From contig NC_042998.1 in NCBI RefSeq assembly GCF_006345805.1, forward strand, positions 85,684,001-85,748,000: a stretch of DNA of 64,000 nucleotides, written 5' to 3'. The notes under the pieces are model-generated. The model ran no database searches. It had not been told where the DNA came from and saw nothing but the letters and a program-made list of their open reading frames with translations. The position numbers and the translations under genes are program-made. This stretch comes from Octopus sinensis (lineage: Eukaryota). Below, piece after piece: positions 50,301-64,000 of this stretch (within the stretch, counting starts at the first letter, position 1; every line of letters begins with the position of its first letter).

Positions 50301-50989
50301 TTTTAGCTATGACTGATCCATCATCATCATTGTTGAATGTCTGTTTTCCATGCTGGTATGAGTTGGACAGTTTGACAGGAGCTAAGCAGCTGAAGAGCTG
50401 CCCAGACTCCATGTCTGTTTTGGCATGGTATTTACAGCTGGATGCCCTTCCTTAACATCAACCACTTTACAGAGTGTAATAGGTGCATTTATGCAGCACC
50501 AGCATGGGCGCTTTTACATGGCACCTACATGCTTTTTATGTAACACCAGCACCCACAAGCCTGCAAGATTAGGATCACTCAGTTGAAGAGGTATGTAGAG
50601 AATATACCTGTATGTTAGAACCACAATTTAACTTAGCTTGATGTGTCTTCTCAAGCACAGCAAACCACCAGCAGTCTCTGTCCTTTGTCATCCTCTGTGT
50701 GAGACCCAACGTCTGAAGATCTTTTCTCACCACTTTGTTCCACATTTTGGGTCTACCCTTTTCAAACATTACCTCCATCTTTTTTAATATTAGAAAGTGC
50801 ATTTTCTTATGTGTTTTTACCCCTTTAAAAGCATGCAGTATGACTTGAGGAGTATTTGTCTGCCATTTGTTGCAGATCATACAACAGTATAGAGGCACTC
50901 TTATTTATTCATATACCTGTACACATATAGCTTCTTGTTGTAGCCATGGTTGAGATGGGCAAGGTGGACTTGGTCAGGGCTTGACATTT

Positions 50990-52700
50990 ACTGTTCCTCT
51001 GTACTTACCGTTAGTGGTTTATCTCAGGATAGTATTTTAAGTTTTTCAAATACTATGCTTTTTTTCATTTTATTTTACTGTGAGTACATGTTTGTTTGCA
51101 AAGACTGAGTGGAAGGAATAATGATTTCAAGACAACTGAAAGATGTGTCTGTGTTTAAGAGTAAGTTTGCATAGAATGGTAATGATTGTTAGGTCTGGAA
51201 CTTGCTACTGGAATATATTATGCACATGTTTTTCCAAATTTTTCATTTTAAGTATGGGGTGCACTGTTGTATGTTCTTGTTTAGAGATTGAAGTCTGAGG
51301 TAGGTCTTGTTGTTTTCTTTGCTTCTATACATGCTGTAAATATTGTTGCACTTGGGTGTGATAGTTGGTTGTATTTGATGCTCTCTAGTGTTTCTAGTAA
51401 GAAAGGAGTCATTGAATTTGATAGGCGCTGTTATTTTGGAGTTAGGTTCCTAGGTGACTGTTATAGTTTTGGAGTAGTCGTGTGGTTTATCGTGTAGCCT
51501 TGATTGGATAGATTTGATTAAAAAAACAATGTGTTCATCATCATCATCATTTAATGTCTGGTGCACAGGACAGGCTGTGCTAGACTCCAGTGTCTGCTTT
51601 GGAATGGTTTCTGTTGCTGGATGCTCTTCCCAATGCCAACTACTTTACAGAGTGTACTGGATGCTTTTTGTGACACTGGCACTAATGAGGTGACCAAGTG
51701 ACTAGCAAGACAAAGCCTCTCAACTGAGTGGAGGTGTAGTATTGAGGGATGTGGCCTAACACCAGGTGATTAGAGGTTAAAATATAATAGAGGAAGGAAC
51801 AGGTATCATGTAGAGGAGATATATGGCTACTTCAGCTGGAAAATAAGTGAAGATAGTGGTGATGAGGCATCAGGGTTTACTCTGAGGAATTTGGTTGTTG
51901 TATTTGGTGCTTCGAGTGACTGCATAAACACTTTTTCATTGGCTCAGCTGTATGTGTTTTGTGGTGATATGGGGAATTGTTTCAGTAGATGTAGATTAAA
52001 GAGTTAGTGTAAAAATAGATCCTTATGGTACTTTATAAAAAAAAAAAAAACTTCCAGTTTCTTTAAGTATTCTTTGATACTACATATGCTTGACAATTTG
52101 AGAAATTGTTTGCAAGCCAGAATTGTGTGTTGTTGTTTAGCCTAAGTCTGTTAACTTTACCCCAGGTCAGACAGCATCTTTTTTTTTTTAGACATAGAGT
52201 ATCTATGGCTATATTATCTAATGTGTCCTTCCTTTTTTGATGACAGTAGGGCATTATTGGGAGGAGACTAAGCTACTATGGTAATTGTACTGTTAATAAT
52301 CCTACTTTGGAATTGATGGCTTTGTTGTTATGGTTTAGCTCCTGGTCAGTATTCCATTCCATCCTTTTTTGGGAATTGTATACCTTGGATCACATTATTC
52401 AGTGTGTCACACTTTTTTCATGATGATACAATATAATGTAAGGGAATATGATATGGTCAAGAATGGTGTGATAAATGTTAACGAGGCTTGTCATTTGAAG
52501 AGGATGAGATGAGTTTAGCTGTGTATGTTCTTATATAATTAGCTTGATAGCAGAATTAAGAAAGTCCTATTCAAGAATTGTGAAATCAGCATCATAAAAG
52601 AAATTAAACACAATTTGATTGCAAGAATTTACCAAATGCTGAAAGAAATAAGAATGGATATTTGGCCTTCATTTGTAATTCCCAGCTCACTTCAAGTGGT
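50990..52700 (-). mobile_element. Possible highly degraded Penelope-like element (RT thumb/GIY-YIG region), interrupted by other repeats
   Basis: G/T-rich non-microsatellite sequence. Fragmentary minus-strand translations resemble PLE motifs (RLSS.. thumb; IY..V....TY). By eye only. Confidence 0.3.
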
Positions 52701-54124
52701 GAATGGTGGTGAAATCAATAGCTCATCAAAGCACAACTTAAAGCTTTGTCTTCATGTAGGGCAGTTGAGGTGGATCAATATAGTAAAATCCTATCTATCC
52801 CTCTGTAATTTGTATCAGGAAGTTTTAAGCTCAACACTGCTAACTGAAAAATTGTCAGCAATCTCATAGTGGCACATCTGATACTTTTTCACAGAGAGGT
52901 GAAACGGTGTCTGTTTGGCATGTTTTCTACAGTTGGATGCCCCTCCTAATATCAGCCACCTTACAGTGTGAACTGGGTGCTTTTTTCCATGCTGCCAACA
53001 GTAAGGAAGTTGCCATACAGCTTGCAAGACGACAAACCTCAGGTGGGGAGTGGGAAACTTTATGCTGGAAAATAAACCATAGAAAAGGGGTTGAGTTTGA
53101 GGGGAAATGGATCAGAGCAGAACAAGTTTCTTGCTGAATATGAGCTACATGACCACTCCTGTTTCAGGAGAGAGTATAGGATAGTATAGGAAGAGAGTAT
53201 AGTGGATATGAAAATGTGTGTGTGTATTCATTTATACATATATACAAATCCTGCGAAAACAGTCACAGAAGTCTGGTGCAGGCTTCAGCTTGGTCAGCTC
53301 TTGTGGTACTGTCCCACCCATGCTAGCATGGAGGATGGACTTTAAATGATGATACATACCTACATATATAACTTGTATGCTATTTTCTTCATTTGTTCAG
53401 TGTTTGAGATGTTTTACTATTATTACTTGAGTTATGAAATTTATAACGTTGCACATTCATACATTGCTATATATCAAGGGTTAAAAATAGGATGAGGTTC
53501 TGCATTATGTTCTTTGAGGGTGTCAAGGATCAAATCTATTAGCAGTGTGATGTTGCTCATAATTCCTTTCTTGTCACTCAAAGAAATTCAAAGTGCTGAT
53601 TCAATACCAACCCATGTCAAATTAAGTTACATTGTCTTGTGCATACTGGTTGCAATACTTACATAATATAAAGTTGTTCTTACATTTCCCTGTCTTCTAA
53701 TTTATGCTGGGAAGGGGGATGATGTGTTTGTTGTAATACTGAACTTGCCTCTCTGTTAATTATTTTAATCTTACTTCATCTCTTAATAGAGAAAGTCTCT
53801 TGAATCGTTTTGTTTATGAATGTTTATGTCATCATGAATCAAACAAGACATTTAGGTAGTGACATAGACTATAATAGTTATTAGTCAGCCAATGAGTCAA
53901 AAGTGACTTCTGTTAACTCAGTATTTAGACAATTTTAAGGAAGACTTTAGTTCATTGGGTTCCTATTGTTTTCACCAGATTGGTAGGATACCAAGAACCT
54001 AGTACTGTAAACTAACAACACATCTAATAATTTTACACTGATCCCACTTTTTTGTGGTGTAGGACATGTTACTGGATTCGTGTGTATATATTTATATATG
54101 TATACATGTCAGGAGGAGGGGAAC

Positions 54125-54160
<36 letters not shown>

Positions 54161-55234
54161 TGTTTGTATAATGTTCCCCCATCCTCCTCTTGACATTGTG
54201 TGACAGATGTAACCAAGCATTGTTCATTTCCAGTTTTCCAAAGGAATTCACATGTTGAAAAATCTGCTGTGACAAATTCCATTTGATTTGTGCAAGCATG
54301 AGAAAATGCATGTTAAAATGATGACGATCATGCTGGCATGGATTTGACAAATACATTGAGGAATTGCAATATTGCTAGACATCCCTGCTGTTATTAAGCT
54401 TCACCTGTGTTTTAAGTAAAGGATTTATTTCACACACCTTTGAAGGCACAAAGCCAGTGGATAGTTTGTTCACGGGAGAAATGACTATAGCATTATGACT
54501 TGTAGCTCATGATATTTGGAATATATGTAAACAAAATACACATTGCACATACATATATACATTAAGCTTCTTCCAGTTTCTGTCTACCAAATTCTATTAC
54601 AAGGCTTTGGTCAACTTGGGGCTATAGTAGATTCTCGGCCAAGGTACCATGCAATGGGAAGCAAACTTCTTAGCCATACAACCATGCCTGCACATGTGCT
54701 TGTATTTCTCAATTTTTCCTTCTCCATTCTTTTCTCACTTTGTCTGTCTTAAATTCCAGAATATGAGTGGATACTCAAAATGAAAAAGACTTTTTCTCCT
54801 TTTTTTCCAATTTCTTGAGCATCAATCTAATTCTGTGTTTTTTTTTACCTTGTCTTTTTCTGTATTTCTTGCATCACACACACACATTTTGTATAAAATA
54901 AAGACCTAAATGGGAATATAGAAATCCTAGCAGTTTCCTCAGCATTTCTGTGAAATACTGGTTAAGAGAGTGCATAGAAGTGGACAGGGTTTTGTAAAAG
55001 AACCCATTCCATACGAATTGAAATTTTAGGGATAACTTTTTAGTTGTGGGGTGGTACTTATCATTGTTGGACTGAAAGAGTTAAAAGATGTGTTGGCCAA
55101 GGTGCAGTGGCAGAATATGAACCATTGACTTTCTAGCAAATTGTCCATTACTCCTTTAACATGGTTTTCTTTTACTCTGCAATAATAAAAGAACAACAAA
55201 TTAAAAATATCTCTTGTGTATGAATGACTGTTAA

Positions 55235-55447
55235 CCCTTTTGTTATCAAGCTGCTGAAGAATGCTTCTGGTTCTATGATATAAACTTCATATTTTGAAGT
55301 GATCTAAATTAAAACTGGACTTCAAAAATTTAATTTATGCTCCAAGCACTAGCTTAATAATAAAATTATTTTACTAAATTATTTATCATTTCCAAAATTA
55401 ATGGAATCGTGCCAATGTGTATCAGCAAAAATATGGCAACAAAAGGG
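55235..55447. mobile_element. piggyBac-type MITE, 213 bp
   Basis: TTAA|CCCTTTTGTT ... AACAAAAGGG|TCAA. Confidence 0.7.
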
Positions 55448-55849
55448 TCAATGTGTAATATATGTGTGTGTGTGTGTGTTTATATGTGTATATATACACA
55501 CATACAAGCATGTAGGTGCAAAAAAGGTGAAGATCAATTACATGGAACTCTGTGAAGTTTTATACAGCTTCAGTAAAATGTGTGCACACACATACACACA
55601 TAAATGGTGGTTAGTAAGAGGCTTCAAAATCCAGAAGACCATCTAGCAAGTGTCTTTGTCCAATATCTGGGAAAGGAATTAGCAGCAACTTGATATCAGT
55701 GTGAACAATGGATACACAAAAGGTGCAATGGGATCTCCAGAAGAATGACAGAAAAATGAATAATTCAAATGTGATGTGATATACAGTCATAGGTAGGAGT
55801 TGAAATGCTCATAAACTGCTCAGATATCTTACTAGACAAGCATCAGCTG

Positions 55850-56480
55850 TGGTGTGCAAGAGAGAAACTGCACTGGTATGGCCATATGATGTGTAGGAAT
55901 GAGGACAGCTGTGTGAAGAAGTGTCACACCCTAAAAGTGGAGGGAACCTATGGAAGAGGTAGACACAGGAAAACATGGGGTGAGGTGGTGAAGCACAACT
56001 TTTGAACGTTGGACCTCACTGAGGCAATGACAAGCAACTGAGACCTTTGGAGATATGCTGTGCTTGAGAAGACTCAGCAAGTCAAGTAAGATTGTAGTCA
56101 TGGCCGATGCCACTGTTGCATAACTGGCCCTTTCAAAAGCACCCCTTAATCATTGGGCAACATGCCGTGCTTGTGAAGACCTGTTGAACCAAGTGAAATT
56201 GTTGTCATGGTCGATGCCAGTGTCGCCTGACTGGTACCCATGTCAATAGCACGTAAAAAGCTCCATTTGAGCGTGGCCAGTGCCACCTAACTGGCACCTG
56301 TACCGGCGACGTGTAAAATCACCCACTACACTCAGAGTGGTTGGTGTTAGGAAGGGCATCCAGCTGTAGAAACCTTGCCAAATCAGATTGGAGCCTGGTG
56401 CAGCCTCCCAGCTTGCCAATTCTCATTCAAATTGTCAAATCCATGCCAGCATGGAAAGCGGACATTAAATGACAAATGAC
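55850..56480 (+). mobile_element. RTE LINE 3' fragment
   Basis: REKLHWYGHMMCRNEDSCVKKCHTLKVEGTYGRGRHRKTWGEVVKH plus a 3' UTR ending gcatggaaagcggacattaaatga. Confidence 0.85.
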
Positions 56481-59400
56481 AAGGGTTGATAATTTCTGTT
56501 AACAACATAATTTTATTATATCTCTGGATATATATTTTTTAACAGTGGGACCCCCTATTTAACAATACATTCCACAGCATACAAAGTTATTAATTCACCA
56601 AGATTTGAAGCTAGTAAGCTAAACAGGCTCAGTGAAATCATTCTTAAAGTATTTGTAACAATGTAAGAAGGACTTGGGGCTAATTAGTCAATTAGTTTTA
56701 TCAGTTACTAAGGAGAAGAAGCAATTTTGCAGATAATTCTTTATTTGCCATTAAGAAAAATGGTGTGAAATGCATTGCTTATTGTCAGTGTCTTTTCCTA
56801 ATTACTGCATTATATTAATAGAAATTTACTTGCAAGTGAAAATGCAATTTGCAACTTTGCCTATGGATGGGACTACGTTTCAGTCTATTACATATGAGTT
56901 TACAACTGTCTCATTTGTTGCTGAGATGCTGAATATGTTGTTGGAGCACTTTCTGACTTCTACCATATCAATTAAAGTGTTAGCAAACAATCCTGCCTTC
57001 TCTTCTTTCATTTCAGTACCTATTCTCCATTCAAACTACATTATTAGTTTGTGTCCTATTTCCAGTCACATGCAGTATTCATTTGCTGCTAACTAGTTAA
57101 CTCCTCCTACACTATTAAATGTACAGCCTTGTGTGTACTGGACATAATGACCTTTCATCTTTATCCCTTTATTATCTGAGTTCACATCCTGATTGAGTCA
57201 ACATTTTCCTGGGGTTGATATAACAAGTACCAGTCAGTTGACTTTATCTATCTCTCTCTCTACAATATATCATCATTATATTGTTTACATTGTAAGAATT
57301 TGAGAGACCTGAAATAAAGAAATACATTGTTTTTAATGGTAGAACTCAAAATAGATGAAGCTAAAATGTGTAAAATATTGGAGTAAATAAAAAACCCTTT
57401 GGATGGAAAAAGTTGAAGGCTGCCCCAGAAAATGTGGGTTCGTGTCTCACAGCCAGCCTTTGACTTGTTCCAACCAAGTATTTTACATACTGTTATTTAT
57501 AGCTTTATCTTTGAGTTCCGCTACTAAAACCAATCATTATTACATATTTCAGAGTGAAATACAAATTTTTCCTTTATTTGACACATTGTACCCTTGCATT
57601 AGAGAATCTTTTGGCTTGTTTTCCTGTATGTTGCTTGTTCAAGAGTTTCAAGTTCCATTGCATTAGATTTACTTGTCATTTTCTTCTTTTTGTGGTGATG
57701 TACTCCTGCATTAACCATTCTTTCATTATTTTCTCAGTTTTGTAATCTTTGCTCCTGCAACAGATACATTCCATATCATTAGAAGAATGTCTCTTTTCAC
57801 ATAGGTAGCATTTTTATATTCTTTCTTTCGTTCATTCTTTCTCTGGTCTTTTTTTAATACTTTTTAAGCATTTATTTGACTTTTCCTCTATCTCAACTGG
57901 AATTGAACCAACTTAGTTTACATTATTAAAAAATTTTATTCAGAAAATTGAATGCTTATCATTTTTTAAAATCAATATAACTGTTAGGAAGGGCATCCTG
58001 CTATAGAAACCATTCCAAAACAGACAACAGCTCTTGTCAGAATGTCCAACCCATGCCAGCATGGAAAACATTAAATGATGATGATGCAAATTTTTTGAAA
58101 CATCTATTATATATATATCTGTTATATAAATATATATTTCTTTTATATGTTCTGTTTGGTGGTCAGTGAGAATTTATCCTTTTTATTTCTGGTGTGACCA
58201 ATTTATTTGTCATAGGCTTGAAACATTCTGCATTGTTGTTCATTTTTGTTGATATTATACTCTTACATGCATGCATTATTGCATACATACATATAGTCTT
58301 TGTGTGTGTGTGTGTGTGTGTGTGCATGTATGCATGCATATATACATACATACACTTTGTCTGTAAGTCTGGCTACCTATCTATAATTTTAAAGGGGGAA
58401 AAAAAAGAGTCACTTACTGTAATGTGTCTTTATTGGACATTATTGCCCAGGGTTACCATGGTCTTTTCTGTAGGCTTTTCTTTCCACGAATAAACCTAAT
58501 CTGTTTTTCTTTCTTGTAACATTTACAATATTTTCTATGATACACGATCCCTTTCGATTGGTGCTTTTCTTTCACGATCCATTTTGATCGGAATTTTATT
58601 TTTCTCCTTTTTTCAAAAGAAAAGCTCTACATTGTATTTTGTCTCCTCTGTATTTGGCCCAGTGTGGCTAATAAAGAAACATCAATATTTTAAAACCCTA
58701 CCCTGCTTGCCAAACATAAATGCTTACTATAATTAAGAAATTTGTAACTGACTGATTAGTTGTTAAAGGGCCTACATACTATTAAACACTATTTATGCTT
58801 TTTGTTATACACTGTGACAATATGGATAAATGCTTAATTATCATTATAAGTATACATTGAAAAATTAAATTGTGTGTGCTTATGTGATTACATATATACT
58901 GATATGCTCCAGCCCCCCTCTCTCTATCTGCCTGTCTGTTTCTTTCTCTCTTTCTCATACTGTGCAGCCTTTGTTTCCCTTTCACTTTCTTTCTCTCTTT
59001 TGCATTCAGACTCTATTTTTATGTGTTTTCAAGTATTGTTCCTTAGTGTCCAAAAACAGCAATGTCACATGTAAAACTCTTCCCATTTCCTTTGTCAACA
59101 AAATGTGCACTGGTTTATGACTTTGATGATATGTGAAATAGATTCCTTACTTGAAAAACGGGTAAGGGCGAACAAAAGGAAAGACTATAAATCAGCTCCT
59201 CGATATGTTTATCAAACCAATCCTTGCATGAAAACCAGAAGTAATAATGAATGAGTATATATGTGCTTGTGTTTATCATCATCATCATCATAATATTCAT
59301 TTTTCATGATTGCAAGGGTGAGATGGCATTTTGAGGCAGATTTTTAATGGCCTTCCTATCACCTCCTTCCAAGCAAAGTAATATTTCCTCATAGCCAGGC

Positions 59401-59844
59401 ACGTTTTTCATGAAAGACTGGAAACCAGCAACCTCACTTTTATGACAGTGATGCTCATTTACCACCATCAAATGATACCTAGATAATGTTTTACACGCAC
59501 ACACACACACACAATGCGCTTCATTCTCTTTCCATCTACTGAATCTACTCACAAGGCTTTGGTTGGCCCAGGGCTATTGTAGAAGACACTTACCCATGGT
59601 GCTGCACAGTGGAACTGAACCTAAGACCACATAGTTGGGAAGCAAGCTTTTCAGTCACCTCTACATGTGCCTACACCTACATCTTGAGTGAAAACAAGTA
59701 TGGATTGGTGACAGAGAGAGCATTTGGCTGTACAATGCCTTTGGTACACATTCTAACTTTCTGTACTTTGAGTTCAAATCCTGTTGAGGCCAACTTTGTC
59801 ATTTTTCCCTGAAAAAGTACCACTCCAGCTCTTGAATTAATTCT

Positions 59845-59847
59845 CTC

Positions 59848-59881
<34 letters not shown>

Positions 59882-60036
59882 AGAGAAAGAAGAAATTGGC
59901 TGTGTTCAAATATAGAGAAAGATGGGCTTTGTCAAGTTTGAAATGCTTCTCCAACCCTATTAAGACCAATCACTCTTTCTCTCTCTCTCTCTCTCTTTTT
60001 CTCTCTCTCTCTTTTTCTCTCTCTCTCTCTCTCTCC

Positions 60037-60087
<51 letters not shown>

Positions 60088-60098
60088 ACACACACACA
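59845..60098. repeat. (CT)n and (CA)n microsatellite cluster
   Basis: Seen directly. Confidence 0.93.
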
Positions 60099-60410
60099 GC
60101 ATAACTGTATGGTTAAGAAGCTTGCTTCTCAACTGTGTGCTTTTGGATTAAATCCTACTGACCGGCATCTTGGATGAGTGTCTTCTACTGTAGACATGAC
60201 ACTTTGACTGACCAAAGACCAGTGAGTAGATATGCTACGTAAAAACTGAAAGGACCCTTGTGTGTGCATGCATATACCTGTTTGTGTGCGTCCATGTCTT
60301 CACATCATGTAATGGTTATAGATGAGTTTCACTAACATACAAGTGATGTTGTTCTTTTCAAAATCTCTGAGAAAAATGTCTGGCCATGGGGAAATAATAC
60401 CTTGCTTGGG

Positions 60411-60557
60411 GTGTGGTTGGCGTTAGGAAGGGCATCCAGCTGTAGAAACACTGCCAGATCTGACTGGCCTGGTGCAGCCTTCGAGCTTGCCAGACCCCAG
60501 TTGAACCGTCCAACCCATGCTAGCATGGAAAGCGGACGTTAAACGATGATGATGATG
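60411..60557 (+). mobile_element. Young RTE 3'-tail copy nested in an older repeat
   Basis: Splits cttgcttggg|aaactggtgagggt of an older element (compare intact cttgcttggagacaggtgag at 3779). Matches 17291-17438 in reverse. Confidence 0.88.
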
Positions 60558-61606
60558 AAACTGGTGAGGGTTAGTAAAGAGAAGAGCATCTGGCTCTAGT
60601 GACTCTGCCTCCACAAATTCTGCATTACTCCTTCATGCATGGAAAAGTTTATAATAATGACACACACACACATGGATACCATCATTGTCATTTTAAATGT
60701 CTGCTTTTCCATGCTTGCACAGGTTTGTTGGAAATTGTTGAGGCAGATTTTTCTAGTCAGATGTCCTTTCTGTCAGCAACCCTCATCTATTTCCCCATGA
60801 CTGGACATGTTTTCACAGAAGTTTGGAAATGAAGAACACTGCCTCTAGGACAAAGACATTTGTTTTCAGCAAATACAAAGACACTACCTCTCTCTCTCTC
60901 TCTCACACACACACACTACAAATGTGTGTGTATTATACACGTGCACACACATAAAATAATGAGTTTTATTGTTGAGATTTATGAGTGTTCAGTTTTCATT
61001 AAATTAGCATGCATATTGGCTGAGTATTCCAGAGACATGTACCTTTAACAGCTCGAGTAGAATCTGTATGACATAGTGTGATGAAGTTGAACCTTTGAAT
61101 TACAGTTATAGTCCTGCTGACAGTTGTAGTGAGTGAAATTGTATTAACACAAAGCTGTGTTAAAATGCCTTACGCCTAGATTCCTCACTGTGGGATTAAA
61201 ACTTAGGCCTCATGTTTGCAAAGCAAACTCCTTAACCACTTGGCCCACTTATGTTCATTAACATATGCATACATATGCAACTATTTGATTTTTGTGTTGT
61301 GCTCACCTAGAAGAGGTGGCATGAAAATAGTGGAAGAAAGAGCTGATATGATTGTAGGAGTTAACTGATAACTGTGTCATGGCTTTTCAAAAAAAGGTCA
61401 TGCACAAACATTAAATTGTTTTAATTACTTCAAGGTTAGAGAAAGAAATCATTGATTCATTTGTTATAAAACAATGGTTGTTCAATTAGATATCAGGCTC
61501 TAGATGTGATGTTAATCTTTTATTTACACATGTGTGCACACATTTATGTTAAAAAAGAAAGGTTAAATGTGTAATAAATTATATACATCTTGCATAAATC
61601 AAATTC

Positions 61607-62130
61607 GATGACTGGCATCCGTGCTAGTGGAGCACTAAGAGCATCATCCGAGCGTGATTGTTGCCAGAGCAGCTAGCTGGCTTCCGTGCCGGTGGTACGT
61701 AAAAAGCACCATTCGAGCGTGATCGTTACCAGCGTCACCTTACTGTCACTTGTGCCGGTGGCACGAGAAAAAAGCATTCGAGTGAGGTCATTGCCAGTGC
61801 TGCTGGACTGGTCCCTGTGCAGATAGCACGTAAAAAACACCATTTGAGCATGGTCGTTGCCAGTACCACCTGGCTGGTGTTCATGCTGGTGGCACGTAAA
61901 AGCACGCACTATACTCTCGGAGTGGTTGGTGTCAGGAAGAGCATCCAGCTGTAGAAACTCTGCCAGATCAGATTGGAGCCTGGTGCAGCCATCTGGTTTT
62001 GAGAAGGGCATCCAGCTGTAAAAACCCTGCTAAAACAGACAGTGAAACCTGGTGCAGTCTTCTGCCTAGTTAGCTTCTCTCAAACTATTCTAACCATGCC
62101 AGCATAAAAGATGGCCGTTAAATGATGACA
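61607..62130 (+). mobile_element. RTE 3' UTR copy with tandem repeats
   Basis: Repeated ggtggcacgtaaaaagcacc units, then gaagggcatccagctgtag (partly duplicated) and gcc...gttaaatgatga tail. Confidence 0.75.
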
Positions 62131-62486
62131 AGATGATAGTGTCTGTTTCCTTGATCTACCAACATTCTCCATTCCATTCTAAAACCACAACTTACAGGAT
62201 GTTAGTTGCTCTCCCACCACTGCTCTCAGTACCACTGAACAGTTTGTGCAGGATTATTTTTTTTTGTTTTAGAACTTCCTTTGGAATTTCCTTATCTCTA
62301 ACTCTTCAACTTGAATATTAATTACACTAACTTCTTGTCTAGAAAGAACAAAACAATCGCCAATTTTCATTAAACTAACTAATGTAAAAAACGTCTGTGT
62401 GTATGTATAAAGTTTTGCATTTATCATTTATCAGCTAAATGATATTCTACCTATGATATTACTAGATTGTTTAATTGCAGATAAAT

Positions 62487-62679
62487 ATGAATAACTACGA
62501 CCAACAGATGGATCTTTCTGGCAAGTTAATTATCAAAGTGCAATTAGGAGATGATATTCGTCGAATCCCAATTCACAATGTGGACATTACATATGACGAA
62601 TTAGTTCTAATGATGCAGCGAGTGTATCGAGGAAAGCTAGCCACAAATGATGATATTACAATCAAATACAAAGATGAAG
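62487..62679 (+). CDS. TFG: TFG (TRK-fused gene protein), first coding exon, PB1 domain
   Basis: [64 protein letters not shown] closely matches the vertebrate TFG N-terminus as I recall it ([44 protein letters not shown]...IKYKDE). Acceptor ttgcag|62481, phase-1 donor G|gtaagg at 62680. The next exon is not in the window. Confidence 0.96.
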
Positions 62680-64000
62680 GTAAGGTGATAATTTCTTTTT
62701 TGCTGCATATTGCTTAAAATAGGTTATGTTAGATAGCAGATATTAACTTTGCTCTTGTTTGTTTTATGTTTGGATTCTTGTTTGATAAGCCTTCACTTCC
62801 CAATACTCTTCAATCATTCACACCTATCAAGCTATGTTCATATTCTGAGTCCTTGCCTTGTTTAATCAAGCAGTTTCTTATCTGAAAAAAAAAACAAAAA
62901 AACACCTTCCATATAAACTCACCCACTCAACTCTTTTTTTTGTCATCTTTCCTGTATTTTACTTACTAAACTCCACTCCAAACACTATCCTTCACAGGGG
63001 TTGTTTTACTACCTACATACTCACTGCTACCATTTATCTGCAAATGTTATGGTAAACATTATTCTATTAAGACTCTTCTGATTGCAATTGTTTGCACTCT
63101 GAGAGATCTTTGGGCTCTGCCCTTATCATTAAACTAAATGATAAAAAATTTCTATTTATGAAATATAAAGCTAAATCAGAGTTGCAATAGTAGTGTGAAT
63201 AGTTACAAATTGTAGTACTATTTTTAGATTTGTTATTTTCAGTGGAAAATGAAAATTTTAAATTATGTGTAAGTCTGTATTTTATCTGTTAAAAGAGCAA
63301 ATCAATTACTTTGACATTTATATTATTAAAGGTATTCAACAAGAGCCATCAGATCTATTGTTTTTCAAATTTGACCAGTGGGATCCAGTTCTTCATCATA
63401 TATCTGTTTGCATGCTGGCATGAGTTGGATGGTTTGATAGGAGCTGGTGAGCCAGAGAACTGTGCCAAGCTACAATATCTACTTTGGCATGATTTCTACA
63501 GTTGGATGCCCTTCCTAATGCCAATTACTTAACTGAATGTACTGGGTGCTTTTTGCATAGCACTGGCACCAGTGAGGTCACTCAGTATCTCGCAAATCAA
63601 GACTCTCTCAACTAAGAGGGCATTGAGGGAGGTGGCTTTATGCTGGGTAATGAGAGGTTTAAGTATGATAGAAGGACAGTGCTATCACTGTTTACAACAT
63701 CCTACAAGCTGTTCTTACTCTATTTTCACTGATGTGGATTGGATTGTTTGAAAGTGTCTTGGGCTTGACAGTAGAGTTTTAGTAACAGATTACCAGTTGT
63801 CACTTTTTAACTAGATTCAACCATCCCATGCTCTCCATATATAATTATAAAAGGAAAAGATATGATACAATTAAGCTATGTGCCTTCGTTTCCACGGGTA
63901 CATAGTAGCATGAACTTTGGTTTTCATGTTGGGGAAAATGCTTTGCAGTATTTCTTCGAGCATGCTGCATTTTAAGCTCAAATTTCACCATGGTCAACTT

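Noticed and set aside
57400-57800. Second Tigger/pogo relic on the minus strand
   Set aside because: Resemblance is too fragmentary to support without a profile search.
62680-62717. Extension of the TFG ORF ([12 protein letters not shown])
   Set aside because: Read-through into the intron after the gtaagg donor; similarity to TFG stops at KYKDE.

Overview
AT-rich eukaryotic (metazoan) genomic DNA, dense in microsatellites and repeats. The repeat families look like those of octopus/cephalopod genomes; this is inference, not a database result. Recognisable host content: (1) the first coding exon of TFG (PB1 domain, + strand, 62487-62679); (2) phase-compatible candidate exons of an unidentified minus-strand gene (44371-44419, 43814-43878, 43531-43677, 29034-29193, 27464-27597); (3) a CpG-retaining region at about 44.8-47.3 kb between them that looks like a divergent promoter. 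The rest is mostly mobile DNA: three Dong/R4-clade LINE copies joined through (TAA)n tracts (one with a ~2.9 kb single-frame RT-REL region broken by only two TGA stops), two degraded RTE LINEs plus many 3'-tail copies, mariner relics, non-autonomous Helitrons, piggyBac-type and foldback MITEs, tRNA-derived SINEs and CR1/Tigger/Penelope relics. The most notable signal that the ORF track cannot show is a set of hammerhead ribozyme motifs in short (TA)n-embedded elements. One is fully canonical with an extended helix II (20833-20937, -). One is minimal and carries a helix III mismatch (21714-21762, +). Two are copies of a family whose core reads CUGUYG(A/G)A instead of CUGANGA (30593-30631 and 37491-37527, -). 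No rRNA, true tRNA or CRISPR was found. All alignments were done by eye.
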